A DNA stretch of 64,000 bases, from assembly GCF_006345805.1 (NCBI RefSeq), contig NC_043007.1, positions 69,812,001 to 69,876,000 of the forward strand, written 5' to 3'. The notes under the pieces are model-generated. The model saw only the letters and a program-made list of their open reading frames with translations. It was not told where the DNA came from and ran no database searches. Shown in pieces: positions 27,361 to 41,190 of this stretch. Position numbers and translations under genes: made by a program. The stretch is from Octopus sinensis (Eukaryota). The stretch's first letter is position 1; each line of letters starts with the position of its first letter.

Positions 27361-28669
27361 GTATTAAAGCATACACTTTAAGTGAACTGCCCCTACCTCT
27401 TGGTACTTTAGTAAAAAAGGCTATCAAAGATATGCAATTTATAACAAGACTGTGTTAGTGCAAGTTATGTTGCAACCATAGACATTTCACTATGGCACTG
27501 TCTGAATATAAGCTATCATTTCTTCTGCTGATAATCATGACACCTTGTCGAGTCAGTTATGTGACATTAAAGAATGTAAAAGAACTAAAATGGTCACAAA
27601 CACGAAAAGCATTAGATAAAACATGACTTTACCTCTTGCTCATCAACATTTGGCACATTATATTTCTCTAGCGGTGTGTAGATAATTCAATAATCAAGGC
27701 ATCCAGATTTGATCCAAGAAACAAGCCTCATTGATTATTTAAATGTATGAAGGGCGGGTTTACACTATTGGATTAAATTTTACTCTACATAGATAATCAC
27801 TATATCCACTCAGTTTTTACAAAACAGTGTATTATCTCCACCATCACCATCAGTCTCATTTTTCACAAATTTAAATCTTGTTAAATACAACTGCAGTTTT
27901 ATTTAAGCTGGTTTCACGCAAACAAAACTCCATTGTTGTCAAAAGTCAATTTTTCTTTCCTTGTTGAAACTATTGCTACTACGTTTACTAATAGACCAGT
28001 TGTTGCTGCTACTAAACACCAACAACAATAAAATTGTTATCGTTGCTGTTGTTTTGTCTCAGGTATTTTAGTTATTGTGGTTATCTAAAATAATTACAAA
28101 TGGCCACTGACAGCTGTAAGTTTTTTTTTTTCTCTTTTCCCCCTGATCCATGAAGGTTGTTAAGTTAGTGAAATAATGGATTAGGCAGGCTACTTGTGTG
28201 TGCATTGACTGAAATAGTGACATGACTAATGAAAACTGCGACTTTGTGAATGAAGAGAAGATTAAAATAGGGTTACTAAGTCCAAACATAAACCAGGAAA
28301 TTAATACCTCCGAAGTATTTTCTAATTTTATATTTTATCCAGCCATATGAAAGTAAAGAGTTGATAGTTATTGTCACAGATGACTGGTCAGGTAAAAATA
28401 TGAACTTACATGTCAAATGATGGACAGCGGTTTATTGGTACTGTGGTTATGACCATAACCAAAACATTTAAAACTAGTTGACAGTCCACATAGTTCTAAA
28501 AAGAAAATATTTTAAGGGGCTAATGAAAGGAAAAATGACAGCACCAGAGAACATTGTCAGAGTCTCCAAGGTTGACAAGATGCAGAGTGCAAGTTATCCT
28601 GATAGCAGAAACTTAGCACAAATGCCTGAAAGTGAGTGGACTCTACTAAAAGCGGTAATCTCAAAAGTC

Positions 28670-29380
28670 TTGTGAACATGACCTGGGCATTATTGTCGAC
28701 AGCAATTTGCGTTGGACAAAACACATTGTTAAAATTGCCAAGAAGGCTGAGTGTGTCTTGGCATCACTTACCAAGTCCTTTGTGAGCCGCTCTCAGGCTA
28801 TCTATCTGAGGTTTTATATAGCTATGGTGAGGCCTCACCTGGAATTTGCTTCACTGGTCTAGAATCCCCATCTTGCCCATGCAACCAAGAGAATACCCTC
28901 CATCAGGCATTTGCCATATTCTGAATGCCTTACTTCCCTGGGCACAGATACATTGAAACTCCGACATCTGGCAGCTGACTTGGCAGACACCCATAAAATT
29001 ATTAACCATCTTACTAATAACTGAGCACCTTTTCAAATTCCACCTGTCTAACACCTGTGGACATGTTTACAAAGTCAGAAAACAGCACAGCTCCCATGAC
29101 TTTCGGAAACATTTTTTCACGCTAAGAGTTGCTGAAGTATGGAACAAACTGCTGGCATCAGTTGTTAGTTGTCGGAGCATTGCATCCTTCAAAACTTCCA
29201 TGCTTCCTGAGATTCGCCAAAACTACACCTGATTTTCTCCCCTCCATACACACGCAAGCATATATCTACTCATACACTGTTCACTTCCCAGACATTTGTA
29301 CATTACTGCATATGCTTTATACACACTTTTGACAAGTTGTGGTGCACCTGAGCACTGTATACAATAATTTCATTATTATA
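28670..29380 (+). mobile_element. CR1-clade LINE 3' fragment
   Basis: Broken frames read IVDSNLRWTKHIVKIAKKA...LRFYIAMVRPHLEFAS and GHVYKVRKQHSSHDFRKHFFTLRVAEVWNKL, typical of the CR1 ORF2 C-terminus. Ends in a (cattattat) tail. Confidence 0.85.
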
Positions 29381-30378
29381 TATAAAAAGAACTAGGTGAA
29401 GGTGTTAAATTGAATGACCTTGGTTTCCACCAAACAAATTTCACTCACATGATTTTATCCAATCTTAGGCTGTGACAGCAAAAAGACATCTGCTGAAGAA
29501 GATGTAGAGTAGGATAAAACTTCAAACAATATACGAAGTGTATCACATGATTAATTCAACTAGCATTCCTTTAGTTCGCATTGCTGTGCTTAAATTCTTC
29601 TGTCAGCCAAGAGATTATCCAAAGAAAGTCACTGAAATATTTAGCTTTAGACCAGAGTCTTCAAATGAACTCAGTCAACCTTTGAAACTATTGTATTTAG
29701 ATTGTACAGCATTCTATATTGCATTTAAATTGAACAGGTATCCACCACCAATGGATACCTTGATTGATTAAAAATGCTTCCACAATAGTAGTAACAATAA
29801 TTTCACTATCTAATATAATATAATAAATGCGAAAACTAATTTCTGTGTGTCATACTTAGACCCCATCTCTCACTATTCAATGACACTCCTACTATTACTC
29901 ATGATGGGGTGAGAGTAATAGTAGATAGAAACAGAGAGGGTGGTGGCGAAGACAGAGAGAGGGAGAGAGAGAGAGAGAGGAAGCAACTGCAACAAATTCT
30001 CCAAAACAAGTCAGAGATCTGTTTGCAGATCTTCCCATTCGAGGTTAGTCGCTTAAAAGCTATATACTAGATTAAAAGCCACCCTATTGGGAAGCTTTTA
30101 AGCTAGTCCTTTAATAATGACTAAAATATATTGAAATTACTATCTCCATTATTGGTCTGTTGCTTTAAAACTTTCAGAATAAATTCATCTTGGATTGTGC
30201 AAAGTAAATAGCTTATAAACCTGGTAATTCTACCATCAGCTAATGTAACTTTTCTTCACAGAGAAAAAGGTTTTAACTAAATTGAGAAAAAGATTGAGAC
30301 AAAATTTTCAAATAATTATGAGAAATAGAATTTGTAATTTACAAACAACAATAAGATGGCCATAAATGCAATTAACTT

Positions 30379-32482
30379 TGTAGCATAGACTCTATATGTG
30401 CATTCGAATGTAGCAGGGACCAACTAGCCTTTGGCCACTGTTCGTATCCTGTTGTGTCCACTACTCTGGTGTTGACACAATTTGTCTCATACTCTGTTGT
30501 GTCAACTGACCACGGATAGCCAGTCAGAGACTTTAGATAGCATCATGTGAATAACCTTTTTCAAACCCTATTTCAAGCCTACTACTTTCTATAAAAACTC
30601 AGCTTTTTCCTCAATAAAATCTTAGGTCCCTGACTATTTAAGGTCAAGCCACTGACCATGTAGACACGGCCAGTTCCAGCAACAACACCACAGCAGCAAC
30701 GTTGAGACTTACCAATTTCGTTCAACAGCATTATGGCAACCTCCATCTTTGTCGCCACCATCATCTTAATGCTGTCAACATCATCTCTCTATGTACACAG
30801 CTCAGCAAGCCAGGTTTCAACATTTCTCTGTTCATGAATTACTTCAAGGTTCAACAGCGAATATAAAACCTGCAAGAACTCCAGTACCAAGTGACCCAGG
30901 AAGCAGCATCACAGCTACAACCTCACGTACGACATGTACCTGTAACCAGCTCAGCATCATGGCTGCAACTTCTTGATACAGTATCTCAACTACTGTGTAT
31001 AATTGACTACAAACTAGTACGCTTATTCTTGTGTCATGCACTTCTCACTTTGATGGCTATAGACTCTTTCACTGTCTACTTCATTACCATTCTTATATGT
31101 TCTTTACATATACATACATCTATGCTTACACACACATACATTTTGTTCTCATGACAGCCTGTCTATTATTCTGTATACATGAAGCACACAGACACACATT
31201 ATATCAATAAATCTTCTCTTAATCATTCTACATGATTCTGTCTCCTTTTTCCCCTCTGGCACTTATACGTGCTATTCAATTATATATTTATTGTATCACT
31301 TATATATTTATTGTGTGATGTACTAAAGAGCTATTCTCGTTACCTCACATTGCACGGTCGCTACAAACTGGTAACCCTGATTTAGAACACGTATTCCTTT
31401 CCACAGTTCAGTGCCAATTTTTCATTTTACTTTAATGACCAACCATTCTTTCTAATTTCATATCTTCACTACAAATATATTTTCTTTTTATCGTTTATTT
31501 TGTCTCCTGGTCAGGGGCTATATGTAGCGTAGACTCTATACGTGCATTTGAATGTAGCAGGGACCAACTGACCTTCAGCTGCTGTTCATATCCCATTGTG
31601 TCCACTACTCTGATTGGTTGGTATTGGCACAATTTGTCTCCTACTCTGTTGTGTCAACTGACCACAGATAGCCAATCAGAGACTTCAGATAGCACCACAT
31701 GAACAACCTTTTTTCAAACCCTATTTCGAGCCCACTACTTTCTATAAAAATCCAGGTTTTTCCTCAATACACATCTTTGGTTCCTGACCTTTATGATCAA
31801 GCCACTGACCATGTAGACACAGCCAGTTCCACCGACAACACCAGAGCAGCTACTCAGACTTACCAACTTCATCCAACAGCATTACGGCAACCTCCATCTT
31901 TGTTGCCACCTCATGTCCTTCTTAACGTTGTCAACATCATCTCTCTATGTACACAGCTCAGCAAGCAATTCATCCAGGTTCCAATACTTCAGTTTGTGAA
32001 TTATCTCACCACGGATCAACAACGAATATACAACCTGCATGAACTCCTGTATCAAGTGACCCAGGCGGCAGCATCACAGTCACAACTTCACATACAACAT
32101 GTACCTGCAACTAGCTCCACATCATGGCCACAACTTCTTGTGTACAAAATGACTATGAACTGATATTATTTATCTTACTTATGTCTATGAACATTCTTCT
32201 CACTTCTCTTTATAGACTATTTCACTGTCTACTTAACATCCTTAAACGCACACAACACACACACAAACTTTCTTCTCACAAAGGCCTGTCAATTTATTTC
32301 TGTATCCATGATGCACACACACACACACACACAATATCAATAAATCTCTTAATCATTCTACATAGTTGTATCTTTTTTCCTCTGACAAATATATATACCA
32401 TTCAAATCCGCATATTTATTGTATCAACCATGAGATGTACTAAAGAGCCATTCTCATTACCTTGCATCGCATGGTCCCTGCA
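30379..32482 (+). mobile_element. Miniature non-autonomous LTR retroelement: LTR (30379-31365), 157-bp internal region, LTR (31523-32482)
   Basis: Two collinear direct repeats starting TGTAGC and ending GCTACA / CCTGCA. 4-bp TSD ACTT at 30375-30378 and 32483-32486. PBS-like TGGTAACCCTGA at 31369-31380, weak PPT ggtcagggg at 31509-31517. TATAAAA and AATAAA at equivalent positions in both LTRs. Confidence 0.85.
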
Positions 32483-33299
32483 ACTTCATGAGCACAGATT
32501 CAAGTAAAAACAAAAACAAAAAAAATTGTAAATTCAAATAAAAAGGGGACACTTTTAAACCTGAAGAAAATCATACTAAAATTTTAAATTAGGAGCACTG
32601 CCTCTTAAGTATTTTACATTATATTCATTGTTGATGGATTGATTTCACACCAAGACTATCATTATATTTTTTTTCAGAGCATGGATTTTATTCAATATAC
32701 AAATAAAGTTTGATCATATATTTGATCTGAAAATTTACAGATGGCAAATTTACAGATTGACTGATGATGGATTTACAATACAATGTATTCAACAGTCGGA
32801 ATTACAGGTAATATACTTATAGCTATGTAATTATCTGTGATGAATCTGCCACAATGGAAGGACATTCTCTCTCTCTAAAAGTACAATAGTTAATCTAGCA
32901 GCAAAGCGAATGAAAAATTAATAGCATTATTAAGACTTCCATCAATTTAACTTAAATAGCTTTATTTAAAAATTTTTTTTAATTATTTAGTCTGAGGAGG
33001 AAACCCAGTGCTTATGACTTCTTGAATAGGGTTCAGTTTGGACTCTTACAGGGTAGTATTTATTCTAGCAAGGACGATATAAACAAAGAGAGGTCAGAAG
33101 GATGGCTCCAAAGAAGAAAGACCGAAAAGTGTTTAGTGTCAGAGATGATGAATTACATGATCAGAAGGAATTTCGGTAAAATAACAAAGACAGTAAAATA
33201 ATAGACTATATCTGCAAGCACCAGCATTCTATAGAATGCCACTAACAATAGAGAATGTAAGGCTACTCCAATATTCCAGGAACTCAGAGTGGGAAAAAT

Positions 33300-33800
33300 A
33301 TCAGGTTAGAAAATAATGATCAATATTGATCTGGTGATCAATAATCATAAGCACAATGCAGTAACCAACATTATGCTGAATGAACAAAATTTTGAAGTGG
33401 ACAATTTTAAATGCCTTGGATTCACTCAGAGCAGCAACAATAAAGGAGATAAAAGTAAAGACTTGGCCTCAACTGCCTTGATGAAGCTGAATGTCATAAA
33501 AGCAATTTCATCAAATTTTCAACAAGCTTCAAACTACACAACTCCTTAGTGAATGATCTTCTGGTAGGGATACAAAAGCTGGAGGTTTACAAATGAGATG
33601 AAAGGTAGTATTCAGGCATTCAATTTCAAATGTTTCAAAAAAGCTGCTTTGCATCTTGTACAAAAAGCACAAGATAAAAAGCTCTGTCAGACAGTAAGTT
33701 GCCAAACATGTTGGCAAGCAAGAATTACTTGTTACTATATGAAAATGACAAAAGCCCACCAGCTCTGGCCATGCATTCCAACACAATACCCAGTACAAAA
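33300..33800 (+). mobile_element. Highly decayed non-LTR (RTE-like) RT fragment
   Basis: Frame reads NIMLNEQNFEVDNFKCLG (cf. VxxFxYLG), then further broken LINE-like frames. Confidence 0.4.
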
Positions 33801-34217
33801 CTAATTTTCCAAAGAACAGTGACAGGAGGATGAAAAGACAGAAAAAAAATATCCTACTCCGACAGCATAAAAGATCGGACAGGTCTCAACACTGTGGCCA
33901 TTCTGTATGATAGAGGACAGGAATCAGATTGCTGAGTGCCAGTGTGTCTAAAATAGAACCCCCAAAATTAGCTTCACCAGTTATAGGAGAGAGAGATTTT
34001 GTAGTACGTGTGCATGTGGTCAACAAGTGAGATCCAGAGCTGTTCAATATAGAAAACAATCAAATGATTCGAGCTTGCACTCCAAAATCTTTACCGAGGA
34101 CTAAGTCAATGGGAGGACTAAGAGTGGCTACAAGAGGAATCCAGGTGAGTAGATATAGAAATAAAGATGTAAATAAACAAATAAAACTGCTTGGATTAGA
34201 TATACAAAATATATATA

Positions 34218-34535
34218 CATATCACGTGATCACATGACCGACCAGGCTATCAAATGTTGCTACACATCGCTGGTCACAATGCGCTTTGCATTGTTTTAGC
34301 CTTCAAATGACGCCACCCCGCTGGCTAAATGAGCAGGCCAACAGAAGAAAGAGTGAGAGAAAGTTGTGGCAAAAGAGTACAGCAGGGATCGCCACCACTC
34401 CCTGCCGGAGCCTTGTGGAGCTTTTAGGTGTTTTCACTCTCTAAACATGCACACAACACCCGATCTGGGAATCGAAACCGCGATACTACGACCGCGAGTC
34501 CGCTGCCCTAACCACTAGGCTATTGCGCCTCCACA
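34218..34535 (-). mobile_element. SINE family D, full length
   Basis: Minus strand: ggaggcgcaatagcctagtggttagggcagcggactcgcggtcgtagtatcgcggtttcgattccc head, ending cacatgatcacgtgat. Head shared with 25749. Confidence 0.88.
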
Positions 34536-34599
34536 TATATACATGTAAATAGAGAGAAAACAAAAACTGAAAATATTTATATGAATATTGATGGATGGT

Positions 34600-35460
34600 T
34601 GTTTGCTCTGTTACGTCAGTGGGAATCCTTAGAAGTAGTATACAGTTTCTGTTACTTAGGTGACCAACTTAGAAGTGGTGTAGAATCCGAAAGCATTGTT
34701 GCTAGAATAAGAATACATTGGGCAAAGTTCAGAGAGCTACTACCTCTGTTAGTAACGAAGGGCCTCTCCCTCAGAGTGAAAGGCAGGTTGTATGATGCTT
34801 GTGTGCAAACAGCTATGCTACAAGGCAGTGAGACATGGGCTGTGACTACTGAGGATATGTGAAGGCTTGAAAGAAATTAAAACCAGTATGCTCCGCTGGG
34901 TGGGTAATGTCAGTGTGCATATATGACAGAGTGTAAGTGATTTGAGAGAAAAACTAGGTATACAAGGCATCAGATGTAGTGTGCAAGAGAGAAGACTGCA
35001 CTGGTATGGTCATGTAATGCATATGAATGTTGTGGAGGGAATATGTGGAAGGGGAGGACCCAGGAAGATGTGGGACAAATTGGTGAGAAAGGATCTTCAG
35101 ACATTCAGCCTCACAGTGGGGATGATAGAGTACTGCTACTCCTGGCAGTTTGCTGTGCTTGAGAAGGCACATCATTCTAAGTAAAATTGTAATTGTCCTT
35201 GCATACAGCCATGTCCCCTGCATCTCTCCAGCTGAGTGTTCCTAATCTTGCAGGCTCACAGGTGCTGGTGCCATATAAAAACCACCTGTGCCAGTGTCAC
35301 ATAAAAGCACCCTATACACACTGTAAAGTGGTTGGCATTAGGAAGGCCTTCCAGCCATAGAAACCATGCCAAAACAGACATGGAACCTGGTCAGCTCTTC
35401 AGTTCTTATCAAACTGTCCAACTCATGCCTGCATGGAAAACAGACATTAAATGATGATAA
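34600..35460 (+). mobile_element. RTE-clade LINE 3' fragment
   Basis: ORFs 34581-34862 (FCYLGDQL...WAKFRELLPLL...LYDACVQTAMLQGSETWAVT) and 34942-35184 (RRLHWYGHVM...GRGGPRKMW), followed by the family-B tail. Confidence 0.88.
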
Positions 35461-36890
35461 TATATATATATAAGAGCATATTGATAGGAAAAAAGTTCAA
35501 GATGAGATCATTCTTAAGAACCAAATAAACCTTATTGAGGCAGTGAGTTATCACTAACATGCTGGATAATAAAAAAATGACTCACAAAACAGAGTCCAAT
35601 CTCATCTTTGAAGATAAAAGAATGAGAAACAATTTATGTATCATGTTCAGTCATCTGTGAGAAGTGACGACTTACATGTGCTAAAAATAAATTCCTTCTT
35701 CAGAAATTTATTCAAATGTTTTGGGCCGATTGAATACCTACCCCGTTTGAAAATAGGTAAGGATTCAGATTTAATCACAAACGTAAAATCTCAGAGAAAC
35801 AAAGAATTGAACAAATGAATTCTGACAAACACTGGACTCCTTATTAGGATCTTTCCCAGACAAATCGTCAATTCTTGAATGATGATTAGAAGAAAATAGT
35901 GAAGGATGTGTAGAAAATCCAGATTGAAGGCATGTCATGAAGCCAGCTCAATGAAAGAAGAAATTAGTCTGTTGTGCAGAGTAAATGTAGGAAACTGAAT
36001 TGTAAATCTCTTCAGGAAAATGATGAGAAATTAAGCAGGTATCTCTTACTGAAAAGGTGCCAAAATAAATGACTGAATGAAAGTATTCCACAGAATTGTC
36101 ACAAAACCTCTGTACTTGGTACATAAGTTCCATTAAAATTTTCTTGATGACTAAGTATTCCCATTAATAGCTTCATCAACTCACAAAGAAGTTGCAGACA
36201 ATACTACTTTTCTGAATTGAACTCAAAACAAATCAGGTAAATGTCAAATGATGTAATTTTACCATGGAAACTAAACTTATCTCATTAGTTGTTTGAACTG
36301 TAATGTTTGTAGTCATGAGGTGAGAACTTTGTTCCCCCCAGCCACATGGTTCTAGGTTTGATCCTACTGCGTAGAACTTTGAGCAACTGCCTTCGGCTAG
36401 AGTACCAAATCAACCAAAGCTTTTTGGTAGGATTTAGTATATGGAAACTGAAAGTGTGTGCGTGTGTGTTGCTATTTCCTTGTCTTGACATTGTGTAATA
36501 GTTGTAAAGGAGTCTCTCCATTATGCATGTCGTGTCCTTCATCCATAATCTTCCATGAAAGCTTTTCTGATCATCTATATGTATAAAACAAAGAATGTCT
36601 GCGTGTGTGTGTGTGTGTGTGTAGTAGGTATGCATTTCTACAGTTTTCAACCAATTTTCACCAAACTTTACACATTAATTATGTACCAAGAATGGTCATG
36701 CACAATAACATTTTGATCAGAGCTCCCACATAATGCAAGAAACCGGCCAGGAAAAAAGAGGTTTCACATAGGTTTTTCTCTAAAAACTGCAGTTTTCAAC
36801 TGATTCTCTCCCCTTGACTTCTGCATTTTTCAAGCGATTCCCTCCTTTCCTCCCTTTATCTCTTTTTCTTAATGCAACACTTCCTCTCTT

Positions 36891-36926
<36 letters not shown>

Positions 36927-37439
36927 TTGACTTCAGTATATTTCAATTTTGGCATGCATAAATATCTATCTTCATGCTATTTGTACATTCTCCCAACATT
37001 ATTTCGCTTATTTTAAATTTTTTGCACTCCATCTATTTAAATATGCTATTTTGCATTTCTCCCTCTATTGAAAACTATTGTGATACAGCTAATAAGCCGA
37101 ACCAATGAGAATTCAACCATGCCACTGAGCGTTCATGCATGGCTCAAGTTTTTTCCACTTGAGCCATTGTCTTCTTGAGCTTTATATGCTGAAATGGGGT
37201 TTGTAATTTCTATCTACAAATTGACTTCTTTGTATGATATAATATTGTTTCACTTTTATTCATTCACTTTTGTGTGTATGTTTGCGCTTTTGATATGTAC
37301 GAGATAGTAAAAGACATTTTATACCACATGTGCATGTACGAGTGTGTGCAGGTGCATGCATGTGTGTGCATGTGCATGCATGAGTCTGTAAGTGTGCATG
37401 AGTGTATATGTGTGCGTGTGCACGAGTGTAAGGTGTGCA

Positions 37440-37913
37440 TGTGCGTGCACAAGTGTGTAATGTGTGCGTGCACAAGTGTGTAATGTGTGCGTGCAAAAGT
37501 GTGTAATGTGTGCGTGCAAAAGTGTGTAATGTGTGCGTGCAAAAGTGTGTAATGTGTGCGTGCAAAAGTGTGTAATGTGTGCGTGCAAAAGTGTGTAATG
37601 TGTGCGTGCAAAAGTGTGTAATGTGTGCGTGCAAAAGTGTGTAATGTGTGCGTGCAAAAGTGTGTAATGTGTGCATGTACAAGTGTAATGTGTGCATGTA
37701 CAAGTGTGTAATGTGTGCGTGTACAAGTGTGTAATGTGTGCGTGTACAAGTGTGTAATGTGTGCGTGTACAAGTGTGTAATGTGTGCGTGTACAAGTGTG
37801 TAATGTGTGCGTCTACAAGTGTGTAATGTGTGCGTCTACAAGTGTGTAATGTGTGCGTGTACAAGTGTGTAATGTGTGCGTGTACAAGTGTGTAAAGTGT
37901 GCGTGTACAAGTG
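37440..37913. repeat. 23-bp minisatellite, about 20 copies (gtgtgtaatgtgtgcgtgcaaaa and variants)
   Basis: Direct reading. The overlapping ORFs show 23-aa (69-bp) periodicity. Embedded in degenerate (TG)n sequence. Confidence 0.95.
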
Positions 37914-39361
37914 AGCGTGTATGAATGTGTTTGTGTGTGTGTACAAGCGTGTGCATGTTTCTGCATTAGGTACATTATTAAACACGCAAACACATCTACA
38001 CACGACAGCTGACATGTATGTCTGTATGTGTCTCTCTTACTATATGAATGTGACTGTATGTGAGAGTATGTACAAATTCATTCTTCACAACACCTGGAGC
38101 TGCTTTCAGCTTCCTTATAAAAATGATAACTGTCCAAAGTGGTGTGCTAAACTCAAATTGTCATTTATGCAAATCCTTAAAATTTACTCCACAAACATTG
38201 TTATTATTGCTGCACTTTCCAGTATCACCTGTTTCAACATAACTGTAATATATATATATATATATATATACATATATATAAACACACACACAAACTATAC
38301 TGTTTTAATCCTGAGTAACATCAGGTTATATCTGCTAGTAGGGAAATATAACAAGTAAAGGGTTAGTGACAAGAAGCTGAAATGAGCCATGGAAAATCTG
38401 CCTTACCGAAAATTCCATCTGACCCTTGCACTCATGGAAAAGTGGCCATTAAAATGATTATTCATTTAAATTCTGATATTTGCTTTATGTATACATACGG
38501 TTATGTATATAATAAAAATTTGAATTACTAATTTGTTTTCTATTTTCAGCAGCATTCATTACCAAATAATACTTCATTGATATCTATTATAATGATTACA
38601 TTAGCATGAGAACATGTTCCATGGTTTGTGGACGTTTTTGTATAGCTTGTACAGAAACCTTATCAAATACTAACTCTAAATCTTATTACCGTTTTGTATA
38701 TAAAGTATAGTAAGCAGAAAAGCAAATACCAAATGAATAAGAACGGACAACTACATTGTGCTACTAATTGCAAAACCATACATTACCAGGTTTTACAACG
38801 TGTATTGCAATGTGCATCAGATTTCTTTCTTAGTATAACGTTGAACAATACTATATTGTAATATTTTTCTGTTGCCTTTGTAAGAAAGTAAATTCACAAA
38901 TATCAATATTATTTGTTTAGTGAAAGTGATAGACAATTAAGGTTGTAGTTATGGTACCAGTTATGTTTGGTACCACAAGGTTTAGTAGTTTAAATACAAC
39001 TAATTAAGTGAGGTTAATAAATTAATACTAGTTATATTGTGAAGATTTCATCAATCACTATATGTCCTCCTCAGCAGCACTATCATCAACAGTATGAAAA
39101 TTATCTCTAATTACCCTTTCTAGCTAATTAATGTACCTCAAGGTTCAGTTATATGCTAGTTCTTTGTCTTCTCTGCAGCAATGACCTAGTCACTGATACT
39201 TTTAAACACGCACACACACACACACACACACACTGATTATAGTACCCTTTAAACTTCCATACACAGGTCAACGTAAACCTAAATTTGTCAACTAGGTCTC
39301 CATAAACAAATCCCAATGAGGATATGGCAACCCAGTCCTCAACAAAGACAATAGCTATATA

Positions 39362-39760
39362 AGCGCAGAAGTGGCTGTGTGGTAAGTAACTTGCTAACCA
39401 ACCACATGGTTCCGGGTTCAATCTCACTGCGTGGCATCTTGGGCAAGTGTCTTCTGCTATAGCCTCGGGCCGACCAAAGCCTTGTGAGTGGATTTGGTAG
39501 ACGGAAACTGAAAGAAGCCCGTCATATATATGTTTATATATATGTGTGTATGTTTGTGTGTCTGTGTTTGTCCCTCTAGCATTGCTTGACAACCGATACT
39601 GGTGTGCTTATGTCCCTGTCACTTAGCGATTCGGCAAAAGAGACTGATAGAATAAGTACTGGGCTTACAAAGAATAAGTCCCAGGGTCGATTTGCTCGAC
39701 TAAAGGCGGTACTCCAGCATGGCCACAGTCAAAATGACTGAAACAAGTAAAAGAGTAAAG
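39362..39760 (+). mobile_element. SINE family A, full length
   Basis: Near-identical to 4467-4860. Confidence 0.9.
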
Positions 39761-40989
39761 GAAACAGACATGTAGTGCACCACTCACTCCTATACACAGC
39801 TGAAAAAAAACTATCAAATCACACCTGCTGAGGTTCATAATATTTGATAATCTCTAATGGTGACTACAAAACCAGGACATTTTCAAAACTGGCGGTTAAT
39901 TGGCAAAAATGACAATCCCCAAATATAACAATGAAAATATAATACTGAATAGTTGTTAGCTTTCAACAAGTGTGACTCACACCATACTTAACAGTGTAGG
40001 AGGACAGTTACACAAACCACAAACATCCTAGACTTATCTAAAGAAGGTAATTTAACTGAATGACAAAGAGATTCTCTGACTCCCAACAACTACTAGCACA
40101 CAAATGATTTTATCTCTTGCTTGGTTCTTCTGAAAATACATACTACACCCATTACTTATCTAATTCTAACTGCACCCAGTTTTATGCCTTTCCATCAACC
40201 TCTTCAAACTCTACTTAAATCTTGGCTCAATCCTTTCTTTCAGTAACTACAGCCTTTTGGAACTTCATTTTCTCTACAGACAGTCTACAAAAGTTCAAAT
40301 TATATAACCACATCAACATTACCATGCTTGGAAAATCACATTCATCCGACAACACTGATAAAATGATTCAATATGAGTGGCTTCCATTGCTTTCAAACTT
40401 AGTTTTTCTCCAGTCACATATCAAAAATAATAGTTTTTCACCAATCAAATATCTTTTTCTACACCGTTGAACTTATTTCTACTCTGGAATTGAAAGTGTA
40501 ACTTAAAGGACAGAAAGGCTGTTAACATGTTTTCTAAGGTCAGTTGTGCCTTTATCTCAGAAACAGAATACTATTACATAATCACTAGATAGTACCTCTC
40601 AGCCCCAAAATTCCAGACTTCTGTACAACTTTCATATCAGATAATACACTTTTTTAAGCCACTTTACTCTTCACAAAAATTTATAGGAAAAAAAAACTCA
40701 ACATAACAGTTCTCTGCCTTTGTAAATATGTAATCTTCTGCTTAAGTACAATATAATTATGAAGATGATGGAAACGGAAATGTTCAATAGTCAGAACACC
40801 AGTGAGTTCAAATAGCCATCATTTCATTTGTTTAATCAATAAAACAAATAATAGTCATTCTCTCTCTCTCACCGGATAACAATGTACCTCCTCTACAACA
40901 AGATACCTGTTTCTGTCTCTGTTACACTAACTTTTCATCATTTGGGACAAGATCACTCTCCTCTCAAATGGTTTTTGTCTTGCATGTTA

Positions 40990-41190
40990 TTTGGTGACCC
41001 TGCTTGTGCTTGTGCTGGTGCCATGTAAAAAGCACTCAGTTCACTCTGTGGGATGGTTAGTGTTAGGAAAAAAACATGCCAAAACAGATACTGAAGCCTG
41101 GTGTAGTCTTCTGCCTTGCCAGCTCCTGTAAAATCATCTAACCCATGCCCAGCATGGAAAGCAGCCATTAATTGGTGAATGATGATACTG
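40990..41190 (-). mobile_element. Family B retroposon tail (diverged, partly inverted mosaic)
   Basis: Contains tcatctaacccatgcccagcatggaaagc...atgatgat and gttagtgttaggaaaaaaacatgcc motifs homologous to family B. Orientation call is tentative. Confidence 0.45.

Noticed and set aside
31366-31370. aactg after the first LTR as a TSD (matching aactt before it), implying a solo LTR
   Set aside because: It is better explained as the spacer plus start of the PBS. The exact ACTT duplication flanks the whole two-LTR unit.
31699-32163. 154-aa ORF inside the 3' LTR
   Set aside because: The equivalent frame is broken in the 5' LTR copy, the composition is C/A-skewed low complexity, and there are no gag/pol motifs.
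35760-36240. Stop-riddled plus frame with KHWTPYxDLSQTNR, reminiscent of the mariner WVPHEL motif
   Set aside because: Similarity is too weak; no DDE/D motifs or TIRs found.
37440-37913. Repeat arrays (23-bp here, 26-bp at 49435, 30-bp at 63648) as CRISPR-like
   Set aside because: Head-to-tail units with no unique spacers and no cas genes, in a eukaryotic context.
37260-37993. Long His/Thr-rich ORFs (161-224 aa)
   Set aside because: Translations of the 23-bp minisatellite and (CA)n tracts, open in several frames at once.
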